NCBI GenBank assembly: GCA_963832165.1 | Contig: CAWHTE010000002.1 | Location: 224,001-288,000 of the forward strand | Reading direction: 5' to 3' | From: an uncultured delta proteobacterium | GTDB lineage: Bacteria > Myxococcota_A > UBA9160 > SMWR01 | Length of the DNA stretch: 64,000 nucleotides | In this document: piece by piece, positions 41,684-51,137 of the stretch | Layout of the letters: every line of letters starts with the position of its first letter | How positions within the stretch are numbered: the stretch's first letter is position 1 | The notes under the pieces: generated by a model | The model's database searches: none | Seen by the model: the letters and a program-made list of their open reading frames with translations, nothing else | Told to the model about the DNA's origin: nothing | Translations under genes and position numbers: made by a program

Positions 41684-42448
41684 ATGACTTGCCGCTCGAC
41701 TGCTCAGACTGTGCTGATCACTCTCCTCCTGCTCTGGGCCCCCGCGTCCATGGCGATCGACGCGATCGATGCTCTCGGCTCGGGACGCGTAGTGATCGTG
41801 CCGCTGAACCTCGGCGTGCGGGCGAGCTCGGAAGTGGAACCGGGCGTCGATCCGGTGTGGCGCGAGCTCCTCGCCCACTTCGCCGCGCAGGAGCAGCCGG
41901 CGACGGCGCTCGAGCGCAACAGTGCGTCCGCGCTCTGGGTCGAAGTGATGAAGGAAGTGCAATCGAAGCCCGAGCCGGACGTGTACAAGGCCTACGCGAT
42001 GTTCGCGCGCCGGATCGCGGATCAGGTCGACTACTCCGCAATCGTGTTCCCGTCTCTCGTAACGCGCGTTGCACGCGTCCAGGGAGAGACCGCGGCGTGG
42101 GACGGCGTGCGCAGGCGCGTGGATCTCGCGGGCAATCTCGCGGGCCCCGAGACGGTCAGCCCCGTGATGGGGACGACGGACCTCATGGTCACGAATACCG
42201 GGGTGCGCGGCGAGATCGCCGCGGCTTCGCTGCACGTCGCGGTGATGTCGCCCGACGGTGAGCTGCGGTTCGAGGGCGCAGGCGGTCTCTCGCTGCTCCA
42301 GCAGTTCGAGAAGGAAGCGAAGTCGACCGCCCCGTCGAAGAAGATCGTCGTCGAGCTGCGGCCCGACGCGTTCGCAGACGAAGGCGAGCTGCGCGAGGGC
42401 GTCCAGGCTGCGTTCCGTCGGTCGCTGCCCGCTTCTCGCGCTCACTGA
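41684..42448 (+). CDS. secreted hypothetical protein (paralog A)
   Basis: Signal peptide; collinear similarity to the next gene. Confidence 0.8.
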   Translation: MTCRSTAQTVLITLLLLWAPASMAIDAIDALGSGRVVIVPLNLGVRASSEVEPGVDPVWRELLAHFAAQEQPATALERNSASALWVEVMKEVQSKPEPDVYKAYAMFARRIADQVDYSAIVFPSLVTRVARVQGETAAWDGVRRRVDLAGNLAGPETVSPVMGTTDLMVTNTGVRGEIAAASLHVAVMSPDGELRFEGAGGLSLLQQFEKEAKSTAPSKKIVVELRPDAFADEGELREGVQAAFRRSLPASRAH

Positions 42449-42495
42449 TCGAGCGGGGGCGCGCGAACCGCGCCGCGCGGTATCCTGGAGACAGG

Positions 42496-43237
42496 ATGTC
42501 GCGCAGGGTCCGCATGCTCCTCGGACTCGGCGTTTCCGTGTTGTGGCTCGCCGTCTCGGCCGACTCTGGCGAGCGCACGGCAGCGCTCGCAGTCGGCCGC
42601 GTCGTCGTGGTGCCGGTCAACCTGGCGGTGCGCGCGGTCCCCGAGGTCGAGCCCGGGATCGAGCCGGTGTGGCGCGCGCTGCTCGAGTTCTTCGCGTCGG
42701 ACGCGCAGCCTGCGCTCGCGCTCGCACGCCCCGATGCGGGCGTGCTCTGGAACGAGGTGATGGCCGACGTGGCGAAGAACGAGGATGGCGACCCCGATCT
42801 CTACGCCGTCTACTCGCGTTTCGCGCGGCGCGTCGCGGAGCAGGCGGAGTTCGCGAACATCGTCTTCCCGACCCTCGTCGTGCACTCGGCGCGCGTGTAC
42901 GGCCGCATCGCGAACTGGGACGGCGTCCGCCGTCAGATCGACGTTCCGGGCGCATTCGCCGAGTCCATCGACACCTATCGCGAGGGCAAGATCTGGCTCA
43001 ACCGGCACGGAGCGAGCGGTGAGCTCGCGGGCGCGTCGCTGCACATCGCCGTCTTCTCGCCCGAAGGCAACCTGCTCCACGAAGGCACGGGCGGCCTCGT
43101 GCTGCTCCAGGAGATCGTCGAGCCGCCCAAGCCGTCGACGAGCAAGGAGATCGGGCTCACCGCGGTGATGCGCAAGGCATCCGTTCGCCGCGCCGGACCA
43201 GCTGCGCGAGGGAATCCAAGCCGCCCTGCGCAACTAG
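42496..43237 (+). CDS. secreted hypothetical protein (paralog B), frameshift at ~43178
   Basis: Similar to paralog A. The shifted frame gives PFAAPDQLREGIQAALRN*, matching DAFADEGELREGVQAAFRR of A. Confidence 0.78.
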
Positions 43238-43291
43238 CCCGGCCGAGCCGCGCGCGAATATCATGCGGTCCGTGTCCGCAGCGAGGAGCCC

Positions 43292-44038
43292 ATGTTCGAT
43301 CTCACCGGCAAGGTCGCGCTCGTGACGGGTGCCGGCCAGAACGTCGGCGTGGGCATCGCGCGCGCGCTCGCGGCGCGCGGTGCTGCCGTCGCGGTCAACG
43401 ATCTGCATGCCGAGCGCGCCGAGCGCGTCGCGGCGGAAATCCAGGGAGCGGGCGGGCGCGCCGTGGAGGCAGCGTTCGACGTCACCTCGCTCGAGGCGAC
43501 GCAATCGGGTGTCGCTTCCGTGAAGGCGCGGCTCGGGCCGGTCGACGTGCTCGTCAACAACGCGGGTGTACCCGACGGCATGGGGCTCACCCGCTTCCGC
43601 GACTACGACCCCACGCAGTGGGCGCGCATGGTCGATCTCAACCTCTACGGCGTGCTGCACTGTGCACGCGCGGTCGTCGACGACATGTGCGCGCGCCGCT
43701 GGGGCCGGATCATCACGATCTCGTCGGGAGCGGGGCAGGTGGGGCTCTCGATCGGGGTATCGCTCTACGGCGCCGGCAAGGGCGGCGCGATCGCGTTCAT
43801 GCGACACCTCGCGATCGAGCTCGCGCGCGATGGCGTCACCGCGAATACGCTCTCGCTCGGCCTCATGAGCAACGCGGGCGACGCCGCAGCCACCAAGGCG
43901 ATCGCCGCAACCGTGCCCGTCGGCCGGCTCGGCACGCCCGACGACGTCGGCGCCGCGGTCGTGTACCTGGCCAGTCCCGAGGCGAGCTGGATCACGGGGC
44001 AGACGATCGGGCTCAACGGCGGCTCGACGACGAGTTGA
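43292..44038 (+). CDS. SDR family oxidoreductase (FabG-like)
   Basis: TGAGQNVG, NNAG, YGAGK, WITGQTIGLNGG. Confidence 0.93.
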   Translation: MFDLTGKVALVTGAGQNVGVGIARALAARGAAVAVNDLHAERAERVAAEIQGAGGRAVEAAFDVTSLEATQSGVASVKARLGPVDVLVNNAGVPDGMGLTRFRDYDPTQWARMVDLNLYGVLHCARAVVDDMCARRWGRIITISSGAGQVGLSIGVSLYGAGKGGAIAFMRHLAIELARDGVTANTLSLGLMSNAGDAAATKAIAATVPVGRLGTPDDVGAAVVYLASPEASWITGQTIGLNGGSTTS

Positions 44039-44060
44039 ACGGCCGGGTACTCTGGCCGCG

Positions 44061-44570
44061 ATGAAGCGCACCCTCGCGCTCGCGTTCGGGCTCGCGCTGG
44101 CTGCTGCGGCGATCTGGTGGCAGACGGCCCCCGCGGCCGTGGCGCCGCTCGCTCCGCCCGCACCCGCCGCGCCCATCGTGGTGTTTCACGGCGACGACGA
44201 GGCCGAGATCGAGGTTGCGCGCGCTGCGCTCGCGCGCGTGTTCGCGACGCCGACGGGTGTGCGCGCAAGGGAGCGGATCGCATCGGGTGCGATCGCGGGT
44301 CCGCTCACGATCGAGCTCAACGATCGCGGCGCGAACTACACCGAGTACCGCGTCCCGGGCCGCGAGCTCGGCGCGAGAATCTTCTTCGATCCGTCGAGCC
44401 AACCCCTCGTCGAGACCGCGCAGGGCCGCGTGCCCGCTCATGCGGAGACCGTGCTGGCCCACGAGCTCGGCCACGCCGTGTTCAAGCTGATCTCCGAACA
44501 GGAGGTGATCGACGCGGTGGAGAATCCCGTGCGCGATCAGCTGGGCCTGCCGCGGCGCAGCCGCTTCTAG
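44061..44570 (+). CDS. secreted HExxH zinc metallopeptidase (M91-like)
   Basis: Signal/TM N-terminus; LAHELGHA...E...ENPVRDQLGLPRR. Confidence 0.6.
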   Translation: MKRTLALAFGLALAAAAIWWQTAPAAVAPLAPPAPAAPIVVFHGDDEAEIEVARAALARVFATPTGVRARERIASGAIAGPLTIELNDRGANYTEYRVPGRELGARIFFDPSSQPLVETAQGRVPAHAETVLAHELGHAVFKLISEQEVIDAVENPVRDQLGLPRRSRF

Positions 44571-44623
44571 CCGACCGCCGCCGTGATTGACTCGCTCCCG
44601 TGTACGAAGGCAAGCTCGGGTAC

Positions 44624-46592
44624 TTGAACCTAGAGCTCCTCCAACAACTGCTGCTGGTCCTCGCCGTGGCCACCGCGGGCGGAGTGCTGTTCGAACGCCT
44701 GCGCCTGCCCTCGATCGCGGGCTATCTCGTGGTGGGCGCGCTGGTCGGGCCGGGCGGCGTGGGCTGGATCGATGATCCCGAGCGCGTGCAGGCGCTCGCC
44801 GAGCTCGGCGTCGTGTTCCTGCTGTTCGAGATCGGCCTCGAGCTGCCGCTCGATCGCCTGCGCCGGATGTGGCGGCCGGCGCTGCTCGCGGGTGGATTGC
44901 AGGTAGCGATCACGTTAGGCACGGTGGCCGCGATCGCCGTGTGGCTCGGCGCGGAGCCGCGCGCCGCGGCCGTGTTCGGCGCGCTCGTGGCGATGTCGAG
45001 CACGGCGCTCGTGATCGGGCTCCTGTCGCAGCGCGGCGAGATCGACGCGCCGCACGGCCAGCTCGCGATCGGCATCCTGCTGTTCCAGGACCTGTGCATC
45101 GTGCCATTCCTGCTCGCAGTGCCGATTCTCGCCTCGGGTGACGACACGGGCGGCACCCAGATCGTCCTGGCGGTGCTGCGTGCGATCGCCGCGCTCGTGG
45201 TGTTCGCGGGAGTCGCGCGCTTTCTGCTTGCCCGCGGTGCTCGACCGCGTGGCGCGCATGCGCTCGCGCGAGATCTTCACGATGGTCGCCTTCCTGGCCG
45301 TGATGGGCTCGGCGGCGATCGCCGAGAAGGTCGGCCTCACGCTGGCCGTGGGTGCGTTCATCGGCGGGCTCGTGCTCTCGCTCTCGCCCTACGCGCATCA
45401 GCTCTTCGCCGAGGTGGTTCCGCTGCGCGGCGTTCTGCTCGGCACCTTCTTCACGGCGGTTGGCATGCTATTCGACCCGAGCTCGGCGCTGGAGCAGTGG
45501 CCCGCCGTGCTCGCGTACGTTGCGGGCGTCCTGGTGCTGAAGGCGGGCCTCGTCGCTGGCATCGTGGCGATCGCACTCCGGATGGGGCCGCGGCTCGGGA
45601 TCCTGACCGGAATCTCGCTCGCGCAGACCGGTGAGTTCTCGTTCGTGCTCGCAGCGGTCGCGGGAGCGGCCGGCCTGCTCGACTCCGGCCTCGAGCAGGT
45701 ATTCGTGGCCGGCTCGATCGTCACGCTCATGGCGACGCCGTTTCTGCTCGCGGAAGCGCCGCGATTCGCGTCGTGGATCGCAGGCCGCATCGGGGCGCGG
45801 CGCGAGCCGGACGCCGAGAGCGTGGAGCCGTCGCACGCCGACCACGTGCTCGTGGTGGGGTTCGGCCTGGCCGGACAGACGATCGCGCGCGTGCTGCGAT
45901 CACGCCGCATCCGCTACACCGGGGTCGACGCGAATGCCGTGCGGGTGAACGCCGCGATCGCACGCGGCGAGCCGGTGTTCTATGGCGACGCGACGCGGCG
46001 CACGATCCTCGTACGGCTGGGCGTGCAGCGGGCGCGGCTCGTGGTGGTGGCGATCAGCGACCCGATCGCCACCCGGGAGACGGTCGCGCTCGTGCGCTCG
46101 CTCGCGCCGCGCGCGCCGATCCTCGCGCGAACCCACTTCGTGCGCGACGTCGATGCGCTCGCGCAGGCCGGTGCGACGCGTGTGGTGGTCGAGGAGCTCG
46201 AGTCGACGCTCGAGCTCGTGGGTGGGATGCTGCGCCAATTCGGCGTGCCCGAGGAGTCCGTCTCGCGCTTCACGTCCGAGCTGCGCGAAGAGGGCTACGT
46301 ATTCCTGCGCACGCCCGAGACGATTCTCGATCCTTGGCTTTCCGATCTGCTCGAGGGGATTGCCTCGGAGTGGGTCGAGGTGCCCGCGAGCTTTGCGCGC
46401 GAAGCGACGCTCTCCGAGCTGGCCGTGCGCGAGAAGACCGGCGCGAGCGTCGTTGCCGTGCAGCGCGCGGGCGCCGCGAACGTGAGTCCGAGCCCGGGAT
46501 TCGCCGTGCGCTCGGGCGATCGCCTGCTCGCCGTTGGCGGGCCGATCGCGATCGAGCGATTGCGGCGGTTGCTCGACGGTACGGCCGATTAG
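44624..46592 (+). CDS. CPA2 cation:proton antiporter with TrkA-N and TrkA-C domains, frameshift at ~45227
   Basis: LAELGVVFLLFEIGLE, GILLFQDLCIVP, LAQTGEFSFVL, VVGFGLAGQ, YGDATR. Confidence 0.9.
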
Positions 46593-46593
46593 C

Positions 46594-47535
46594 TCAGCGC
46601 CAATCGTCGATCACGTAGCAGTCGCCGCGGTTCCACCCGGGCTCGTTCGGCCGCTGCATCGCGACACCCTGCAGCACCGTGCGAAAGCCGCGCTCGAGCA
46701 ACGTGCGATAGGCATCGTGACGCGCCGCGTTCACACCCGCGACGAGCTGCTGTGCGCCGGCAGCGCGCGCGAAGGTTTCGCACCCCGAGAGCAGGCGGTC
46801 GAAGTGGCGCGCCGCGTGGGCGCCCGGGCGCGCGGCCCCGAACTTGACGTATGCGGAGCCGCTGCCGGCTTCGCTGCCCGCGCCGACGTGGCAGATCGCG
46901 AGCGCAGCCAGCTCTCCGCCATCGCGGACGAGCACGGTGTCGCCGATGGCCTGCTCGACGACCGCTCTGATCTCGCGCTCGAGATCGAGCCCCGGATACA
47001 GCGCGTCCGTGAGCGCGCGGCACTCCGACAGGCACTCGGTGCGATCGGACTCCGGCAGCTCCGAGAGCTTCGCAATGCTCTGCGCGCTCGCCGTGTGCGC
47101 GATCGCCTTCGACGTCACGGCGGTGAGGTACTGCGGCCAGAAGCCGAAGCGCTGGTAGAGCGCCGCGTGCTTGGGGCTGTTTGCGAACGTGAACAGCCCG
47201 GCCTGACGCGTCCCCCAGCGCTCGAACAGCTCGATCGTCGGCTCGAGCAGCGCGCGCGCGACGCCCTGGTTCCAGAGCTCGGGGCGCACCGTGAGCGGTC
47301 CGAAGGAGCCGAAGCTTCCCCACTGGGTGGCGAAGTTCGAGCCGACCAGCTCGCCGTCGGCGAACGCGCCCAGCGCCGCGCTCGGATCCGCGCGCCAGCG
47401 CGTGCGCACGAGATCGGAATCGCCCATGAATGCGGTCGGGTCCGGCATGCCGAGGAACGTCCCGAACGCGAGCCGGAAGATGCGATCGGCCTCGTCCAGA
47501 TCCTCCTCGGCGAGCCTGCGGATGGCGACCTTCAT
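46594..47535 (-). CDS. GNAT family N-acetyltransferase (tandem GNAT-like)
   Basis: GPLTVRPELWNQGVARAL, LYQRFGF. ATG overlaps the upstream stop (TGATG). Confidence 0.88.
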   Translation of the reverse strand: MKVAIRRLAEEDLDEADRIFRLAFGTFLGMPDPTAFMGDSDLVRTRWRADPSAALGAFADGELVGSNFATQWGSFGSFGPLTVRPELWNQGVARALLEPTIELFERWGTRQAGLFTFANSPKHAALYQRFGFWPQYLTAVTSKAIAHTASAQSIAKLSELPESDRTECLSECRALTDALYPGLDLEREIRAVVEQAIGDTVLVRDGGELAALAICHVGAGSEAGSGSAYVKFGAARPGAHAARHFDRLLSGCETFARAAGAQQLVAGVNAARHDAYRTLLERGFRTVLQGVAMQRPNEPGWNRGDCYVIDDWR

Positions 47536-48113
47536 CACGTGGACTGCTGCACCCGTTCCGGGATCGGGCACACCGCGCCCTCGGAGAATCCCTGCGCGGC
47601 CACGTCGAAGCCGCGATTGAAGCGCGCGCGGAAGTTCTCCCACGCGATCGCCGCGGTGAGCTCGACGAGCTGTTCCTCGGAGAGGTCCTGGCGCAGACGC
47701 GCGATCAGCGCGTCGCTCGCGTTGGCAGGCGTCTGCGAGAGCGCCACTGCGTAGTCGAGCACCGCCTTCTCGAGCGGGCTGAACGCGTCGCTATCGCGGT
47801 AGCGCGCGATGTCCAGGATCTGCGCGTCCGTCACGCCGTTCGCTCTGCCGACGGCAGAGCCGATGTCGATTCAGAACACGCAGCCGACGAGCGCGGCCGC
47901 CTTGATCGAGGCGAGGGTCTTCAAGCGCGTCGGAACGGAATTCGCGCGCCCGACCGCGAGCTCGAACATCACGTCCGCCCACATCACGGGCTTGCTGTGC
48001 GCCATGATCCGCAGCGGCTCTGGCACCTGCTTCACCATCTGCTTCGCTGCACGGTACACGCCGCGCGTGATCAGCCCCGCATCCGCATCGCTCACGCCGT
48101 CGATTCGCGCCAT
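47535..48113 (-). CDS. AhpD / carboxymuconolactone decarboxylase-like protein, probable selenoprotein (C78-x-x-U81)
   Basis: MARIDG...KAAALVGCVF-TGA-IDIGSAVGRANGVTDAQI...LVELTAAIAWENFRARFN is one continuous frame of 193 codons. TGA at 47871-47873 with a SECIS-like hairpin downstream. Confidence 0.88.
47842..47860 (-). promoter_or_regulatory. bacterial SECIS-like element
   Basis: mRNA UGA-AUCGACAUCG-GCUCUGCC-GUC-GGCAGAGC: perfect 8-bp stem, G-U at the start of the loop, loop 18 nt from UGA. Confidence 0.78.
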
Positions 48114-48541
48114 CACGCACCTCCGGATTCGGGTCGCGCGCCGTCGCGCAGCGCGACGACGGCGGCATAGCTGATCACCACGGCGGGCAGATACACGCCG
48201 GGCAGGTCGAGCGACCAATGCGCGGGGCCGAGCGCGCCGCGCAGCGTGTCGTAGGCGTGCAGTAGAGCGTGACCGCCCAGAAAGATCGCCGCGATCACCA
48301 CCAGTGGTGGACGCCAGCGCGGCACGGATGCGGCCCAGACGAGCGCGACACCGACGGCGGCGAACGCGCAGCCGATGTCGCGCACGAAGTGCGGGTTGAA
48401 CGGGCCCGTGTCGGGCACCGCGGCGGGCAGCTCGTGGTACCAGTGCAGCGGGCCCGCGAGCATCCAGAGCGCGTTTCCGACGCACACGGCGCCGAAGATC
48501 GCGAAGATCCAGCCCCACGCGTCGAGCGTTCGGGTGCTCAC
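48113..48541 (-). CDS. small 4-TM membrane protein
   Basis: GNALWMLAGPLHWY...TGPFNPHFVRDIGCAF...HALLH. Stop overlaps the CMD gene ATG. Confidence 0.8.
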   Translation of the reverse strand: MSTRTLDAWGWIFAIFGAVCVGNALWMLAGPLHWYHELPAAVPDTGPFNPHFVRDIGCAFAAVGVALVWAASVPRWRPPLVVIAAIFLGGHALLHAYDTLRGALGPAHWSLDLPGVYLPAVVISYAAVVALRDGARPESGGA

Positions 48542-48613
48542 GGCTGTGATCGAACATACGGGGAATCCAGCGGGCCGGATAGACCCACTTCGCGCCGCGC
48601 GGATCGGAGCCAA

Positions 48614-49198
48614 TCAGGCTGCGTCCGCAGCTTCTTCCTCGGCGAGCCGGATGGGACCGAATTGATCGGGATACTTGCCGCGTTTGTCGGTGTAGAACGC
48701 GCGGAACGCGTCCATGTCGGCGCACAGGTCGTCGCCCGGAACCATGAGCGGACCGAGCCCGCCGCGCCGCCGCTCGTAGTCGAGGTAGCCCATGACGATC
48801 GGGACGCGCGCCGCGCGCGCAATGTGATAGAAGCCAGACTTCCAGTGTGTCGCGCGAGCGCGCGTACCCTCGGGCGGTACCGTGAGAACGAGATCCGGGT
48901 GGCGCTCGAATGCCTGCGCCATCTGCGAGACGAGTCCGCCCGCGCGCCCGCGGTAGACGGGCACGCCGCCGAGCCAGCGCATGACCGGCCCGAGCGGACC
49001 CCAGAACAGCGTGTGCTTGCCCATCCATGACGGGCTGATCCCGAATGCCCAGGCGCAGGCGAGGAGGTAGACGAGATCCCAGTTCGTGGTGTGCGGAGCG
49101 GCGATCAGCAAGAAGCCGCGCGGTACGGGGCGCGTGCCCTCGAGCGCCCAGCCCGTGAGCCGCAGGAACGCCTTCGCGAGCGCGCGGCGGATCTTCAT
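48614..49198 (-). CDS. 1-acyl-sn-glycerol-3-phosphate acyltransferase family protein
   Basis: APHTTNWD (HxxxxD), PPEGTR, WKSGFYHIA. Confidence 0.92.
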   Translation of the reverse strand: MKIRRALAKAFLRLTGWALEGTRPVPRGFLLIAAPHTTNWDLVYLLACAWAFGISPSWMGKHTLFWGPLGPVMRWLGGVPVYRGRAGGLVSQMAQAFERHPDLVLTVPPEGTRARATHWKSGFYHIARAARVPIVMGYLDYERRRGGLGPLMVPGDDLCADMDAFRAFYTDKRGKYPDQFGPIRLAEEEAADAA

Positions 49199-50427
49199 CC
49201 GGATTCCGCGACGCCGTCGGGCGGTGGCCCGATCAGGACGGGCAGATTGCTGGGGCGCCGGAACAGACCCATCTCGCGATAGTCCAGCTGGTCCGTGCAC
49301 ACGCGCGATCCAGGCGGCATCACGTCGAGCAGCGCGTCGAGCATGCAGGCCATCTCCTGGCGCGCGAGGTTGGCGCCGAGACAATAGTGCGGTCCGTTGC
49401 CGAACGTCGCCACGTCGCGCGCGGCGCGATCGAGATCGAGTGCGTCGGGATTCTCGAACACGGCCGGATCGCGGTTCGCGCCGCCGATCGAGAGCATGAG
49501 CATCTGGCCCTTGCGGATCTGCTTGCCCCGGAGCTCGAAGTCGCGCAGCGCGAAGCGCACGGTGCCGCCGGGATTTCTCAGCGCGAACCGTACGATCTCG
49601 TCGATCGCGCGCAGGATCAGCGGGCGGTCGCTGCGCAAGCGCTCCATCGCATCGGGATGCTCGAGCAGCATCCGGACCAGCGACGCGCCACCCTGCGCGG
49701 TCGTCTCGCTGCCGGCTCCGACCAGACCCGAGAGCAGGAGCACGATGTCGTCCTCACACAGCGCACCGTCCGCGTCCTGGGCGGCGACGAGATCACTGAT
49801 CAGGTCTTCCTCCGGGTGCGCGCGCCGCTTTGCCACGAGCTCGCGGACCCAGCCCGAGAGCTCCTGGAAGCTGCGCTCGGCTTCCTCGCGCTGATCCGGC
49901 GGCGTGAACGGCATGAATCCCGGGATCACCGACTGGGCGATCCGGCGGAAGCGAACCTCGTCGTCGCCGGGCGGAACGCCGGTGATCCGGCTGATCACGG
50001 TGTTCGGCACGATGTTCGCGAATTCGGCGAGCAGGTCGATCACTTCGCCGTGTCGCCCGCGCAGCGGCGCGGCGGTGTGCTCGATCACCTCGCGGATCTG
50101 GGCGTCCATGCGGCGGACCGCTCGCGGCGTGAACGCGGCCGACACCAATCGACGCATGCGCGCGTGGCCTTCGCGGTCGAGCGCGAACATCGAGTGATCT
50201 TCGGCCCAGCGCAGCATCGTCCCCTCGCTGTTCGGGACGTGGCGCTCCCAGATTCGTCTGTCGTTGCTGACGTTCTCGGGGTCGTGGTAGAGCTGCTTCA
50301 CGTCGTCGTGGCGCGTGACGAGCCAGAACCCGAGCGGCTCGACGAGGTGGACCGGGTCCGAGGCACGCAGCGCATGCAGGAGTGCGGTCGGGTCTTCGGC
50401 CGCGAGCATCTCGACGAAGGGATCCAT
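49195..50427 (-). CDS. cytochrome P450
   Basis: GAGSETT I-helix, EIVR, FGNGPHYCLG heme ligand. Confidence 0.96.
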   Translation of the reverse strand: MDPFVEMLAAEDPTALLHALRASDPVHLVEPLGFWLVTRHDDVKQLYHDPENVSNDRRIWERHVPNSEGTMLRWAEDHSMFALDREGHARMRRLVSAAFTPRAVRRMDAQIREVIEHTAAPLRGRHGEVIDLLAEFANIVPNTVISRITGVPPGDDEVRFRRIAQSVIPGFMPFTPPDQREEAERSFQELSGWVRELVAKRRAHPEEDLISDLVAAQDADGALCEDDIVLLLSGLVGAGSETTAQGGASLVRMLLEHPDAMERLRSDRPLILRAIDEIVRFALRNPGGTVRFALRDFELRGKQIRKGQMLMLSIGGANRDPAVFENPDALDLDRAARDVATFGNGPHYCLGANLARQEMACMLDALLDVMPPGSRVCTDQLDYREMGLFRRPSNLPVLIGPPPDGVAESG

Positions 50428-50453
50428 GGTGGGTCTCCCCGGGCGCTGGATCC

Positions 50454-50491
50454 TATTGGACTGGAAGTCTAGTATTGGACTTGATGTCCAG
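50454..50491. promoter_or_regulatory. tandem TetR-type operators
   Basis: TATTGGACTGGAAGTCTAG followed by TATTGGACTTGATGTCCAG (16/19 identical), each containing TGGAC-N5-GTCYA. Confidence 0.7.
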
Positions 50492-51137
50492 TCAAGTCGG
50501 TTCTCGCTCCGATCGGCGCAAGCAGGAGACGCGCGAGCGGATCCTCGAGGCCGCGGTCGAGCTGTTCGGCGAGGTCGGCTTCGACGCGACCAAGGTGGCG
50601 GACATCTGCGATCGCGCGGACGTCGCGCGCCAGACGTTCTTCAACCACTTTCCCGCGAAGAGCGACCTGCTCGCGGAGCTCTACCGCGTCGGCGGAGATT
50701 GGATCTCCGCCACGCTCGACTCGGCCTTCGAGCGCGCCGCGACGACGCGCGAGCGACTGCATCTGTTCTACACCGATGCGATCGGATCAGCGGTCGAGGT
50801 GGGCCCGGCGAACCGCGATCTGGTCGCGCACGTCGTGCACTCGCCCCCCGATCTGGACCGCGCGCAGCAGCTGCAGCACATCTCCGGGCTGTTCCAGGGT
50901 TTCGTGCGGCGCTGCCTCGCAGACGGCGGCGTCACGCGGCGGCACTCGCCCGAGGTGCTCGCCCAGCTGATGCAGGGAGCGCTGGGCGCGCTCATGGTCG
51001 ACTGGGGTGAGCGCGGTGGCTTCGATCCGACGCGGCGCGCCGGTGAGCTCGCGGCGTTGGTCGCGGATGCACTCGAGGTACGTCCCGACGAGCCTCAGCC
51101 CGGGACGATCCGCGGGACTCCGAAGACGACGACGTAG
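50484..51137 (+). CDS. TetR/AcrR family transcriptional regulator
   Basis: TRERILEAAVELF..GFDATKVADICDRADVARQTFFNHFPAKSDL HTH. Confidence 0.95.
   Translation: MSSQVGSRSDRRKQETRERILEAAVELFGEVGFDATKVADICDRADVARQTFFNHFPAKSDLLAELYRVGGDWISATLDSAFERAATTRERLHLFYTDAIGSAVEVGPANRDLVAHVVHSPPDLDRAQQLQHISGLFQGFVRRCLADGGVTRRHSPEVLAQLMQGALGALMVDWGERGGFDPTRRAGELAALVADALEVRPDEPQPGTIRGTPKTTT

Noticed and set aside
42496..44064. 522-aa ORF overlapping the SDR gene
   Set aside because: The extension results from a frameshift at ~43178; paralog comparison places the true stop at 43237.
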